A DNA stretch of 63,975 nucleotides, filler included, from Sanchytrium tribonematis (lineage: Eukaryota), in assembly GCA_018985235.1 (NCBI GenBank). It is 6 parts of 6 records of this genome, joined end to end, with 100 filler letters (N's around TTAATTAATTAA, not from the genome) between each part and the next. Parts side by side here need not be neighbours in the genome. Positions count along the whole stretch, not along the records: positions 37,874 to 44,404 come from JADGIG010000520.1; positions 44,505 to 51,008 come from JADGIG010000521.1; 4 more parts are not named here. The stretch is one strand, 5' to 3'. Below are positions 39,313 through 51,108 of the stretch, in pieces. A model generated the notes under the pieces. The model searched no databases. It saw only the letters and a program-made list of their open reading frames with translations, and had not been told where the DNA came from. Position 1 is the stretch's first letter, and every line of letters begins with the position of its first letter. The position numbers and the translations under genes are program-made.

Positions 39313-40737
39313 ATGAATAGGGATTCGGAAAAAATCAATAAACTGGTGGATCACGTCAAATATTTAACAAATTTGGTGAAAAGTCAACGAAAAATTATTC
39401 AGGAAAACAACATAACATATTTCATAAATAAAATTGACGTACTATCAAAGGAATCCAATCATCTAAGGCTTGTCAATAATAAAATTCAAGAACAGCTAAA
39501 TCAGATTACAAAATTTGTCGAAGGAGATAGCAAACTAGACAGAAAAGGATTTGCGCAGCAGCTGATTCTGTCCGAGCAACGTTACAATAAGGAAATAGAA
39601 TCTAAAGAAATTTCGCACAACGAAGAGATACAAAAATTAAAAATCAACTTTACTGATCAGATCAATGCCTTAAAAAAAAGAAATCATGAAAATCTAAACT
39701 CTTTTAAAATTGAAAGCAGCAAACAGACCCAAGAACTTTTGGCTCGACACATAGTTGAAAAATCAGAATTGGAAGAAAAATTACTTCAAGTTCAGCAAGC
39801 CTATCAGAAAGAAATTACTACGCTACAAAGCAGAAACTTGTGTAAATTAGAGGAAGTCAAACAAAAATTTGACAACAGATTAGCAGAAATACAAACTAAG
39901 CAGGAATTGCAATTATCAGAAAAAGAGAGAAAATACTCAGAAGACAATCAAAAACTGCGGGCCGATTTCCAAAGCCAAATTTCTGAAATAAGTTTAAGAA
40001 ATTCGCATGATACTTCACATTTGAAAGAAATGCACCAATCTGAATTGGCTAGACTTCAAGATTTTTTTGAACAAAAACTTGAATCTGAAAATCTGCAGAA
40101 AAACCAACACTACAACCACAAGATTCAAATGATAGAAGATGAATTAAAGGGAAGATTGAGGGAACAAGAACGGAAATATCAAATTGAAAAAGAAAATCTT
40201 ATTGCTACCAATAAAGAGATCGAACAAAAACTAGAAAGTGATATTTTGCTTCATAATACTGAGCATCAACACAGATGTAAAATACTTATGAACGAAATCA
40301 AAGACTTAAAGTCAAAGAACGTTTATTTAACTAAAGAATTAGAAAGAAAAGACGAACAAATTGACTTGTTGACTCAAAATCTGGAAAGTTCACATATTCA
40401 ATTAAATAATATTGTCAAGGAAAAACATATGATTGAATCCTCCATATTAGATCTGGAATCAAAAAACCAATCAACCCAGCAGCATTACGAGCATGCTCTT
40501 AAAATGATTGACGAAAAAGACAGGGTGGTTCAAGATGGGCAAAGTAAACTGAAGTGTTTGACTGAGCAACTGACAGAAATTAGTGCAATCAAAAAATCGT
40601 CTCATATGAGTATGAAGTCCTTCAGCGTATTCGCTGAAGATTTCGACGAGTGGGTAGAAAGCAGAGAAAAGGACACTTCAGGCAAACGCGAAGAAGTGAA
40701 CCACAATATGATTATCACAGGTATAGATATGATCTAA
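39313..40737 (+). CDS. Long coiled-coil protein of unknown function
   Basis: 474-aa E/K/Q/L heptad-rich ORF. Confidence 0.7.
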   Translation: MNRDSEKINKLVDHVKYLTNLVKSQRKIIQENNITYFINKIDVLSKESNHLRLVNNKIQEQLNQITKFVEGDSKLDRKGFAQQLILSEQRYNKEIESKEISHNEEIQKLKINFTDQINALKKRNHENLNSFKIESSKQTQELLARHIVEKSELEEKLLQVQQAYQKEITTLQSRNLCKLEEVKQKFDNRLAEIQTKQELQLSEKERKYSEDNQKLRADFQSQISEISLRNSHDTSHLKEMHQSELARLQDFFEQKLESENLQKNQHYNHKIQMIEDELKGRLREQERKYQIEKENLIATNKEIEQKLESDILLHNTEHQHRCKILMNEIKDLKSKNVYLTKELERKDEQIDLLTQNLESSHIQLNNIVKEKHMIESSILDLESKNQSTQQHYEHALKMIDEKDRVVQDGQSKLKCLTEQLTEISAIKKSSHMSMKSFSVFAEDFDEWVESREKDTSGKREEVNHNMIITGIDMI

Positions 40738-42000
40738 TGCTTCCTTTTGGATCTCTTGGTTTCTTTATCAGTAACGCAACTGGTACAAAGACATGTATCA
40801 AACATTTCACGAGATCTGTAATTGAAAACTATTTCTTCGCCGATATAAATAGTACGATTCGATTTAAATCCAATTCGTAATAATTGTGGCACTGCAATAC
40901 CATATTTTGAAGGAAACTAAATAAAATAATAGTACATATATTTGTGTTAAATTTGCCTTTTTGCAATCGTGATTGAAAAATCTAGTTATGTTTCCAAAAT
41001 AGGTAGCATCTAAAAAATAATCGGGCTGCTGGTCGTCCAATATATGTCGATCCAGAGCAAATGTGTAATAAAAATCATACTTTTTATAAAGCAATTGGCG
41101 ATGCTTTTCTATCTTGCCCCGAAAGACCTCTCCACAATATTCTCCTATATACGTGTCGGCTTTAATTCTCTTTTTTGCACGAACTCCCCATCCTCGGTCT
41201 TCAGTCTTGAATATCTCTAGATGGTCTAAAAGGCTTTTCCCTCCAAACTGAGTAGCGTACGTATTCTCACAAGCACATCCGCATTTAATCGAGCAGATTG
41301 GAATTATATCATGGGCATTTGTAAACCCACTATCTCTACAAGGACAAGAATTAGTGCATCCCATGTTGCAATCGCAACTCATGATAAGTCCTTCGTCCAA
41401 ATCAATGGATGGGTGGTAGCGCGGCTGATCTTCGAACATTAATCTTGGAAAGGGTTCTGTATCCTCAAGGTTATAGATATCAAATTTGGGGTAACAAACG
41501 TCATAATATCCCATTCCCAGTAATTCTTTGTATTTATCATTAACAATATTGGACCGCTCGAAATCATCCAAAATTTTTTGATAGTCTCCAACTTCATCAT
41601 TAGAATAATCAATTCTCAACTCAAAAAACGACCTTACAAAGTCAAGATCAATACAGAAAACACAAGCTATTAGTCTTATAAAGAAAAATTGAAAATCATA
41701 ATAATAAGCTGTGCTCTTTAGCTTATCGACAAATGTCTGGATAACATCTTGGACTTGTTTGCTTAGAGTACCCGTTTCCATTTTGTGAATCCTTCGATGT
41801 CTTAGGACTCTGAAGTTGTAAAACATATTATGTAATTCTCCAAGAATATCCATCGCTTCCTCGTCAACTTCGTCATAACAATCTTTAGTCAAAATGTGAC
41901 TGGCCAATTCGTCTGTAAGATCAAACCACATATGCAGATGGATAGGCTGCTTCAGCATGGATTTTTCATACGATTCTATTACAACTTCAGGAACTCTCAT
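40734..42000 (-). CDS. Pre-SET/SET/post-SET histone methyltransferase (SUV39/Clr4/DIM-5-like); complement join(40734..40916,40936..42000)
   Basis: Pre-SET Cys clusters, RGWGVRA, EYCGEV, GNITRFFNHDC. After the intron: RIGFKSNRTIYIGEEIVFNY and post-SET-like CLCTSC. Confidence 0.85.
40917..40935 (-). other. 19-nt spliceosomal intron (GTACTATTATTTTATTTAG)
   Basis: Phase-0 removal restores the GEE-x-x-x-x-Y SET motif and the post-SET cysteines. Confidence 0.92.
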
Positions 42001-42055
42001 ATTGCAGTCTAAATTATTTTGCAAAATTACAAACACGGAAATTAATTTTAATAAC

Positions 42056-44404
42056 ATGGATTACGATTCTTCGTCAGTTAAATCAGAACACACAATCGAT
42101 ATAAACTACTTTCACGAGGCGCAACAATCTTTACTCAATACAATATCACATCTTCATAAACTAATACCAAGAATGAAAAATCTGGAGGTTGTGAAAATAG
42201 CAGGTCACTGTCAACTTCAAACATTTAGAAATCAGTTCAAATTGAGTCAAAATTTTAATCATGTCGGATGGTTGGACATATACAGAAAAGAAATCCTAAA
42301 AGGTTTAGATGTTGATCAAATCAAATATACTGAGGATTGGCCAGTCAATCCTTGTAATCGGATCATATCTAAGACAGACTGGACAGATATTAAATCATAT
42401 CTGGAATCTTTGAAATCAAGAATTTCTGATGAAACGAATCGATTATTAGTTGTTGGAGATTTAAATAGCGGCAAAAGCTCTCTTGTTAATTCCCTTTTAG
42501 GTAGAAATGTGGTTTGTGTAGATCAAATGCCTCTAACCGCCTGCTTCTGTGAAGTTATAGCTGGTAAGCAAGTCAAAGAAGAAGTCGTACACGCTATTAC
42601 TAAAATGGACGATTATAATTTTGAAGACGCTAGTACTTATAAGATATTTCAATTAATTGATTTAAAGCAACTTTTGGCCGAGGATCCCAGTCCTTATGAA
42701 TTTTTAAAGGTTTATGTTTCACATCATTTTCACAATCAATCCGAAGAAGACTTTTTAGAAAAAATGAGCTTAATTGACTCACCCGGACTTAACATTGATG
42801 CAGAAAAAACTCTAAATTTATTTCGCAAACAAAGGGAAATTGATGTTGTTGTATTTGTGGTGAATGCAGAAAATATGATTACATATTCCGGGCAAGAGTT
42901 TTTAAAGTCTATTGCCTCGGAGAAACCTTATTTCTTTTTGGTGATTAATAAGTATGATAATATAATGGACAAACAACGTTGCAAAAGAGATATTTTATCA
43001 CAACTTCGGAAGCTTTCAACTTACTTTAGTGAAGACACTTCTAAAATGGTTCATTTTGTCAGCGCAAAAAAAGTTTTAGAAAATCGCGTAGATCTTCTTG
43101 CTCCGAATGAGGAAGATCAAAAGCTTGTTTCTAATTTTGCTTCATTTGAATCTCATTTAAAAAAATTTATAGTTTTAAATCGCACAACTTCAAAGCTTTT
43201 GCCAGCCAAAAAATTTATTATAGAGTTAATCAAAGATTGCTTAGAATTGGTCGATGGAAATTTGGCTCAAAGTGTTATTACGTTTGCAAGAGAATCGGAA
43301 ATCATCTTGAAGTCAAACCCGAAATTATTAGATACCATCTATCAGTATGATGAATTATGTGTTAGAGTCAATAGAATCATATCAGATACAGTTTCATGTA
43401 TAGAAATCAACATAAAGAGACATCTTGAGAAATTCATCAGTCGATTCTTAACAGAGTGGCCCAATGTAAACTTTTCGACATATCCTTCCTCCTGGAATAA
43501 GGAATCAAAATTATCTTTAAATAATTGGTTAAATTACAGAATTCAAGAGCCCCCAGAAATCCCTCAGTGGAGGGGATCTTTTGACACTTTAGCCTATGCA
43601 AGGGATTTGCAAGAATATTTCAACGACTGTCTTATTTTTGAAATATCTGTGTGCGAGCAAAAAGCATTGTTCGATGTCAAAGAAGCCATAAGCGAAATTC
43701 TATCATTGTATTCAGATATCGAAGTGCCCTATGATTTTTTCGATGAAGACAGCCCCGAGACTTTCATTAAACAGAAGAATCCACGAAGTATTAACACCAG
43801 CAACCAAATTATAAAAGAAAATTGGAGTGTAGAAAGAATACAAAAAATTTTACAATCAAACGATTTTGTGCTAGATAAAAATTCTGAAGAGATTATTAAG
43901 GTAGAGCTCATCCCAAAAGTAGACGTACCTGACGAGCCGCGTCTCAAACCAAGAGCAGTTGGTTTATTTGATATTGTTACCGCAAGACCGGCCACCAAAT
44001 CCCTAATGTTACCACATTTTATTTTAAGCACAATTACCTCAATCTCTAGCATTTATAGAGGAATTTCGTACTCAAGTAGTAATTCTGGCAAGATTGTCAG
44101 ATGTATTTACCTTTTTGAAAAAATCTGGAAATGTGCTTTTGCAGTTATCTGGCTTAATATACAATGTGACATTCAAAATATTTGTTGATGTTGGGTCTTC
44201 TGTCACTGGTTTCCTGTCTCCTGGATTCACTACCATAGGCAAGTCTAGCGTTAAGCCTCTCTATGTTCCAAATCTTAGTATGACAAAAGCTCCAAATTTT
44301 GATCTACCGGATACCAGAGCTCCCTTGGTCTTTCCGAAGCGGGACCTCTCGTACTTTGAGAAGTCTTACGGATTTCTACAATCTGCGATAATTCCAGCTA
44401 ATTA
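42056..44404 (+). CDS. FZO1: Mitofusin/Fzo1-like dynamin-family GTPase, 3' end unresolved and truncated
   Basis: LLVVGDLNSGKS, DQMPLTACFCEV, LIDSPGLN, EIDVVVFVVNAEN, EKPYFFLVINKYD, VHFVSA. Frame switch near 44.0-44.2 kb. Confidence 0.82.
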
Positions 44405-44504
44405 NNNNNNNNNNNNNNNNNNNNNNNNNNNNNNNNNNNNNNNNNNNNTTAATTAATTAANNNNNNNNNNNNNNNNNNNNNNNNNNNNNNNNNNNNNNNN
44501 NNNN
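44405..44504. other. Artificial contig linker
   Basis: N44-TTAATTAATTAA-N44. Confidence 0.98.
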
Positions 44505-44879
44505 TGCATTTGTCGATTTGTGAGTGATGGCAAGTAGTCGAAAAATCCCCTATTGTTTTGAAAACATTGCAACTTTTTTTGCACATATGGATGAAATCGA
44601 AGACAAATACGGCAAGTATTACGATCATTGGGTCTAAAATCCCATTTCAATAATTTTGATATTCCCGAATGTGGGCTTTCAATAATATACGGATGAAATT
44701 TGAATAATCCAATTTCACGTGAAAAAGATACGTTAGAATAATCTATTCCAAATCTCCAACTGTAATGCACTTCTTGTTTCTTTCTCAAATACGTATTTCG
44801 TTTGATCGTATCTGGATAAACGCAAATAGATTTTAATAAATTTGTGGGAATTGATTTTATTAATCGAGAAGCACCGAAA

Positions 44880-47480
44880 ATGTTACTTTGAGGAGGACTA
44901 TCAAAACTGTAAAGTATTTATGAGAAAGTTTTGTTCATCATTGCATTACAATCGAATAAAGAATCAGTTGAAAACGGAATAATCTCGAGGATATATCACA
45001 TCGAGATACTTACAAATTAGCCATTAATTTGGAAGCAGAATGGCAAAAAGATCAATCGGGAAACAATTTGAAGACATTCAAGTTTCAGAAATCAGACAAA
45101 AAGCACCGCATCGGAAGAAAATTCAAATATGACAAATTTAAAAGCGAAGTAAACAATGACATGAAGCCCCTTTATCAAGGAAAATCATTTAAAGGGAAGC
45201 GTCCATTCAAACAACCTTCAAAATTGAATCATGTGAAATGTTTGTGAGAATATTTAATGATGTACTTCCTATGCTACTACACACCGGAGCCACTTACAGT
45301 TTCTTTTCCGAGAGTGTGGTCAACCAGCTTCAAGTCCCAATCAAAAAAGCTAGATTACATCAAACAATTTTAGCTGACATATATACACTCGATGTTAAAA
45401 AATTAGTTCACCTTCCATTACAGCTGGACCGTGAAACTAAAGTATTTATGTTTCGAGTGGTCCCAAATTTAAAAACACTAATTATTTTAGATCGGGACAT
45501 GATGAAGCAACACTCCATCAACATTGACTTGAATCGAAAAATGATATGGGTACATCACGACCTATACCATTTAGCCGTTCTATGTAGGAAACATTGGTAC
45601 AAACAAATTCCTTAAGCACAATTCGTTTGAGAACAACATTTGTACTATAAACTGTCCAACGAGACTCACGATTATGATGAATTTTTTGCGACAATTCCCT
45701 TTCCGGAACTGAACGATACTGATCACACAATTGATAGAGTCCACATAGGTAAAAATCTCACTGTAACTAAACAGACTCAAATCATAGACCTCTTAAAACT
45801 ATACCCTGAATTATTTGGTAGAGACACTACTAGTAAAATGAGAACACGACACCACAGTCGAGTTGACACTGATCAGCCAGTCCGAGCTGGGATTCCACGT
45901 CTGAGCAGGAGCTTGAGGAGATGCTTCAGAATGGGGTGATTAAACCCTCAAAATCTAATTGGAGAGCTGCTGTAGTCATGCTATCAAAGCCTGCTGAATC
46001 TGTACGGTTTTGCATTAACTACAAACCACCACTCCCAAACCTCCAAAGCCTCATAAATAGTATTGATGGAGCAAAATTCTTCATATCACGGGATCTAAAG
46101 TCTGGATACTGGCAGAGTCCTTTGGCTGATAATGACAGAGAAAAGACAGCTTTTGTGACACCTTTTGGGCTGTTTGAGTTTATAGCTATGCCCTTTGGAT
46201 TGTCAACAGCACCAGCATCATTTCAGCGTCTAACGGATTATAGAAATGATTGGAACTGAAATGCTGATTTACTTGGTTACACACTCGAGACTTTGATGAA
46301 GTGCCTGGGAAAGGTGCTCAAGAAATTGAAAGAATTCGGGCTAACGCTTTGTGCAAGGAAATGCAAATTTGGTATGATAAAAGTCAATTTCTTAGGGTTT
46401 GCAGTTAGCTCGGATGGGATTTCTCCTTCACAAGAAAAAGTGTCCATCATTAAAAATTTGCGAAAGCCGCGAACTGTCACTGAAGTGCGTCCATTCCTGG
46501 GCCTGACAAGCTTCTATAGATGTTTCATTCACAAATATGCAACAACGAGCGGCCCTCTAAATGAATTGACTAAAAAGAATACTATTTTTGACTGGACAAC
46601 CGAATGCGACTTGGCATTTGAAGTCTTAGATGAGCAATCATTGACTCAACTACTTTGGCACATCCACAGTATGGGAAGCCTTTATATATAAACACCGACG
46701 CTAGCAAAGTTGGCATTGGAGCTGTGCTAACACAAGAAAATAGGCCTGTCTGGTTTACTTCTCGTAGCCTACAAGGTTCAGAGAGGAATTATGATGTCAG
46801 ATCTACAGAATGCCTTGCAATATTCTACGCCTTAGAAAAGTTTCGCCCATTTATATACGGCAAGCCAATAACTATTCTGACGGATCACGAAAATTTGAGA
46901 TGGCTCTTCGACAGCCAGCAAACAGGTAAATTGGCAAGCTGGGTGTGTAAACTTCAGCAACAAAGATCTCGAACTTCAGGAGAAGATCCAGTTACGTAAT
47001 CCACACATTGAGAAAACAGACAGCATCATTTACAGGAGGAAACCAAATGGAAAAGCTCTCATCTACGTACCAAATCACATGGTTGACACCATCGTCACAC
47101 TGGCCCATGATAATCTGGTAGCAGCACATCCAGGAACCAGACAAACAATGTGAATATACGAAATTTTTGTTTCTTTAACAAGAGGGCAATAGGGGAAAAA
47201 CTGAGGCCCTGCATTGGACAATCCTAAGTACTAACAATAGTATTAACTCTACAACACTTCTAGGAATGACTATTAATCCAATAACCCTCCAGAGAAAAAC
47301 AAAAGTCTAGCCTTAGAAAAATTAAGGCAAGGGGCAAATGAATCAGCATACGCCACTTGAAATAAGCAGTTGCACCAATTAAATAACAAAATAAGTCATA
47401 AATTCGAGAAAGGGGACTTAGTCTACCTCTTAAACAATTGGCGTGCATCTAAATTAGATTTATATTACTTAGGGCAACCA
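44880..47480 (+). mobile_element. Decayed Ty3/Gypsy LTR retrotransposon (gag remnant, PR, RT, RH, partial IN)
   Basis: PR LLHTGATYSF (Asp to His), RT DLKSGYWQ and KTAFVTPFG..MPFGL, RH TDASKVGIGAVL and TDHENL, IN zinc finger HD...AHPG, KFEKGDLVYL. Many frameshifts; YLDD and the integrase core are missing; no LTRs seen. Confidence 0.9.
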
Positions 47481-47499
47481 AGTTGCTGGGAACAAACAT

Positions 47500-47860
47500 T
47501 TTCTGCCTCCAGGCCTCTAATGGTTGCAGATGGCTTACCTGATGCACTTGGCATTTGTTATGATGGCTGGAAATCTTACGCCAATCATTATGTTGGAATG
47601 ATTGTGCTTTATTTTGATGGAAGGGATCCTGTCGGAGTGAAACACGTTGGGATCAAGATCTATTTATGATCCAAAGATTTCTTCAATTTAAACCATTTTT
47701 TTAAGCCCGCATGAGTCAATTGTTACATTACTATTAACTTCGATTGAAGAATTGGAGCTAGAAAGTTTGATTCCAAAATTGAAAGATCTTTTTCGTTTTA
47801 AAGCACTTGCAATCAAAAGATGTGAATTCGACCGATGAGAGGATTTCGTTGTAATGACCC
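47500..47860 (+). mobile_element. hAT-like DDE transposase fragment
   Basis: LPDALGICYDGWKSYANHYVGM resembles the DGW...HY first catalytic motif of hAT-like transposases. Confidence 0.5.
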
Positions 47861-48619
47861 TAAAAGTCATTAAGTATCCCAAGTCATCCCGAGTATTAAC
47901 CAAGTACAAAAAATTGACCTATTGGAGTAGGCAAGTACAAAGGATATTTGCTGGTTAGTTATAAAGTCAGTTCCCCATCAATGAATAGTTTACTTAACAA
48001 ATCATAGATTGGGATTAAACAAAAAAAAGTTGAATTATTCAAATCTCCCAAATTGTTTGGTAAATTATCCTGTAAATCCTAGCCAACTATTTATTTATTG
48101 AAAAAAAAATTACATTTCGAAGACTAATTTACTGCCCCAAATGCTATTTCAGCCATTCCACATCACCCAACACAGTTAACTGTTTACTGGATGAAGTCAC
48201 TATCCTCACCATTTTGCATAGTAATACATCTATTTTTCCACTGAATATCAGTTACCAACATTAACTAACGAATATTTGAGAGATACAGACTCTTTTTTTC
48301 AGACTCCATGTCAGATCAATTATAATTGTGAAGAACGTATTTATTTGGGGAAATTTCCTTATATAATTAATAGAAGCTTCTAGTGTCTTCTCGTAGCTCC
48401 CATCCAACTTTTTATTGGCTTAAGTGGATTTCTGTACCCGTTTACAAGATAACTGTACCAAGTTTAAAGTATCTTATAGATATTAATTCTAATAACATGT
48501 TACATATACTACCAGATACATTCATATCACATTTAGAATATCGGGTTTTATTGTAAAAGATGAAACAGCCATAGGGGGTTGATCGTTCATTAAAATACAC
48601 GCAGTTACTTGGTAATATA

Positions 48620-49589
48620 CATTTGTCAAGGGGGTTTTGACCACCCCTCATGACACTTTCAAATGAGCAAAAGATGACCATAGTCAACTGCAAGACACTC
48701 GAATTGACATGGAAACAAATTGGCATTATAGTAAATAGATAATGGGAAACTTGCCGCAGCTTTTTTAAGAAATTTAAGTTCATGAAAGATTTGCCACCAA
48801 AAGAAATCATCCATAAATACAAAATTACAGCACATACGGGACTGCAAATTAAAGACATTATTGCAGAGGACCCATTACTACCACTCAGACAGATCGAAGC
48901 ACAATTAGAACAAAATGTGTCATATGAAATTATTCGTCAGTATATTATACGACAGGGCTATCACACGTCCATAGCAAAGAGGAAAATAGAATTAAGAGCA
49001 CAAAATATCATTAAGAGAATAAATTTTGCGGATATATACGTTGATAGACCACTCATTTATTGGAGAAACATTCTGTGGTCTGACGAATGCACGTTTAAAA
49101 GCCATCCTCATATAATGCCTGGGGACCACTTGTAGTGGTAGATGGCTATATGAAAAGCGCGCAATATTGTAGTCTGATGTCTAGCCACATGATTCCAGAG
49201 CTTCATGTGAGTGAAATCCCATTAATGTTCATGCAAGACGGCGCAAAGTGCCATACTAGTGCTGAAACAATTTCCTTCCTAAATCGAGAAGGTGTTATTT
49301 TATTTGGACCTTGTCCCCCGCAAAGTCCAGACATGAACCCAATTGAATGGGTGTGGGGGTTTCTCAAGATTCGCTTGCAGTATTTCCGACCATTTCCGAA
49401 GACAAAATTAGAATTAATCGAAGCTGTGATGAAACTGTGGACTGAATTGACTGATGAATATAGGCATAAGCTGGTAGATGGAATGCCTAAGCGTATACAA
49501 GAATTGAAAGAAAGAAAGGGCCAATGGACTATGAATTAATAAATTTTTAAATTAAATTTTGGGGGTGGTCAAAAACACCTTGACAAATG
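48620..49589 (+). mobile_element. Tc1/mariner element (970 bp) with 28-bp TIRs, TA target duplication and inactivated DD35E transposase
   Basis: TA|CATTTGTCAAGGGGGTTTTGACCACCCC ... GGGGTGGTCAAAAACACCTTGACAAATG|TA (26/28 match). ATG 48650; WSDE, FMQDGAKCH, SPDMNPIE; premature TAA and internal deletion/frameshift. Confidence 0.93.
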
Positions 49590-49669
49590 TAGATGACTGA
49601 GGTGATGTTTTGGTTTCACTAAAAACAATTAAGTCAAGATCCAAATACTAAATGATTTGTTGGACCTCT

Positions 49670-49957
49670 TCAATGTTTCTTTTTAATTCTCGAATGTTCC
49701 ATCCAGCCTCTATTGGGTTTAGTTGTAGTCTGTTCTTGACAGATATCATTAAGTTTGTAATAAACATTGCCATTGTAAGTGTTTGTCATTTCAGTGGCAA
49801 ATGGTAGAGCATTTTCCTCAAAGTGGATCTTACCTACCCTGATTCCTCTGGCGCATAGTGATAAAGCTACATCCTGAGCAGTGAGAACAGGTACTTGAGT
49901 GGTTATAAATTCATCGCCGAATTTAATCTGGAATGAAGCAACAAATCGTATTAACAT
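49670..49957 (-). CDS. Possible small hypothetical protein among TE relics
   Basis: 95-aa ORF from ATG 49957 with a short hydrophobic N-terminus; no family motif. Confidence 0.3.
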   Translation of the reverse strand: MLIRFVASFQIKFGDEFITTQVPVLTAQDVALSLCARGIRVGKIHFEENALPFATEMTNTYNGNVYYKLNDICQEQTTTKPNRGWMEHSRIKKKH

Positions 49958-50279
49958 GAGATAAAAGAGAAATACGCAATTTTGGAGATTTTTCGACAGA
50001 TTAGCAACAGAAGCAAATATAGTGGGTTTGGCTTTCATGTGATTTCCAATTCAACACAAGATGGATCCACAAACAATAGTGTTTGATTGGGGTTCATAGT
50101 AACTCTATTTCCTTTGATGCCAGATTGAAAATTTACAAATCAACTGTCGCAAAATCACTTTTAGAAGCAAGAGAGAATGCCCAGTCAGAAGAATTTACAA
50201 ATAAAGGTCGAATTCGAAATAAAATTAGTACCACACCAAAAACAATAAATTTAAAATAAAATACAAAAACAAAGGGTGG

Positions 50280-50680
50280 TAAGAATTTAAATTATGATTG
50301 AAAGATTGCGACATGTAAACTCCGTGAAGAAAGGTGGGGTTATGTTTAGCTTGTGGTAGTCGAAAAAGGACTGCCCAAAACAGGACGCAACAAATGTCAT
50401 GTAAGAAAATGATGTCAAATCATTGTGGGTGTTCATTAGAATCAAAGATATCAAATTAAATGCTTTGGTAGATCCTGGAAGTAGTATAACAAGTATAAAA
50501 TGAATTATTTATTAAGGATTTAGGGGCAGAATCTGAGGTTAGACCATCAAATCAATCGTTTACAATACTTAAGAGTCATAATGGAGAGGAAGATGTTGAA
50601 TCTAGAAAAGAAACAAAATTGGTGAATTTAATTTTGTCAAATTGTCTTGTGCGTTCAAAAATGAAATTAATGAAATAATT
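50280..50680 (+). mobile_element. Second retroelement relic (zinc-knuckle remnant + retroviral-type aspartic protease fragment)
   Basis: CLACG remnant and IRIKDIKLNALVDPGSSITSI, interrupted by stops. Confidence 0.5.
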
Positions 50681-50742
50681 TCGCTTCTGTATTTCCCAAA
50701 TTTACTACTTTCAACCAGTTGCCGGTTATAGTTGACTCACAG

Positions 50743-51008
50743 TCAACATCCATGATTTCGAGATGATAATGTTGAGTTGTTAAGTTCCATTTCTTGTTGA
50801 CCTGTAAAAAAATGAACATTGTTTCTGGGATTTCGTGATAAATCTAAGTTTTTTCGAATTTTTCTTTGGTAGCGAATCACTGTTTTTGCGACATTAAAAT
50901 CACCAATAAAAAAGATGTTTCTAAAATAATTGTCTTTATTTAATTCCTTTCCAACTAAGACCTGTGCCAAGTCTCTACTCACACCAAATCTAATAAATTC
51001 ATCTGCTT
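50743..51008 (-). mobile_element. Non-LTR (LINE) APE-endonuclease fragment
   Basis: NIFFIGDFN motif. Confidence 0.45.
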
Positions 51009-51108
51009 NNNNNNNNNNNNNNNNNNNNNNNNNNNNNNNNNNNNNNNNNNNNTTAATTAATTAANNNNNNNNNNNNNNNNNNNNNNNNNNNNNNNNNNNN
51101 NNNNNNNN
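51009..51108. other. Artificial contig linker
   Basis: N44-TTAATTAATTAA-N44. Confidence 0.98.

Noticed and set aside
39240..39330. Joining the ankyrin ORF and the coiled-coil ORF by an intron
   Set aside because: The 38-nt candidate (39251-39288) runs into a TGA and the 18-nt candidate (39303-39320) lies downstream of the first ORF's stop; kept as two genes.
44505..47700. LTRs, PBS or PPT around the Gypsy relic
   Set aside because: No direct repeat pair was recognisable within the contig.
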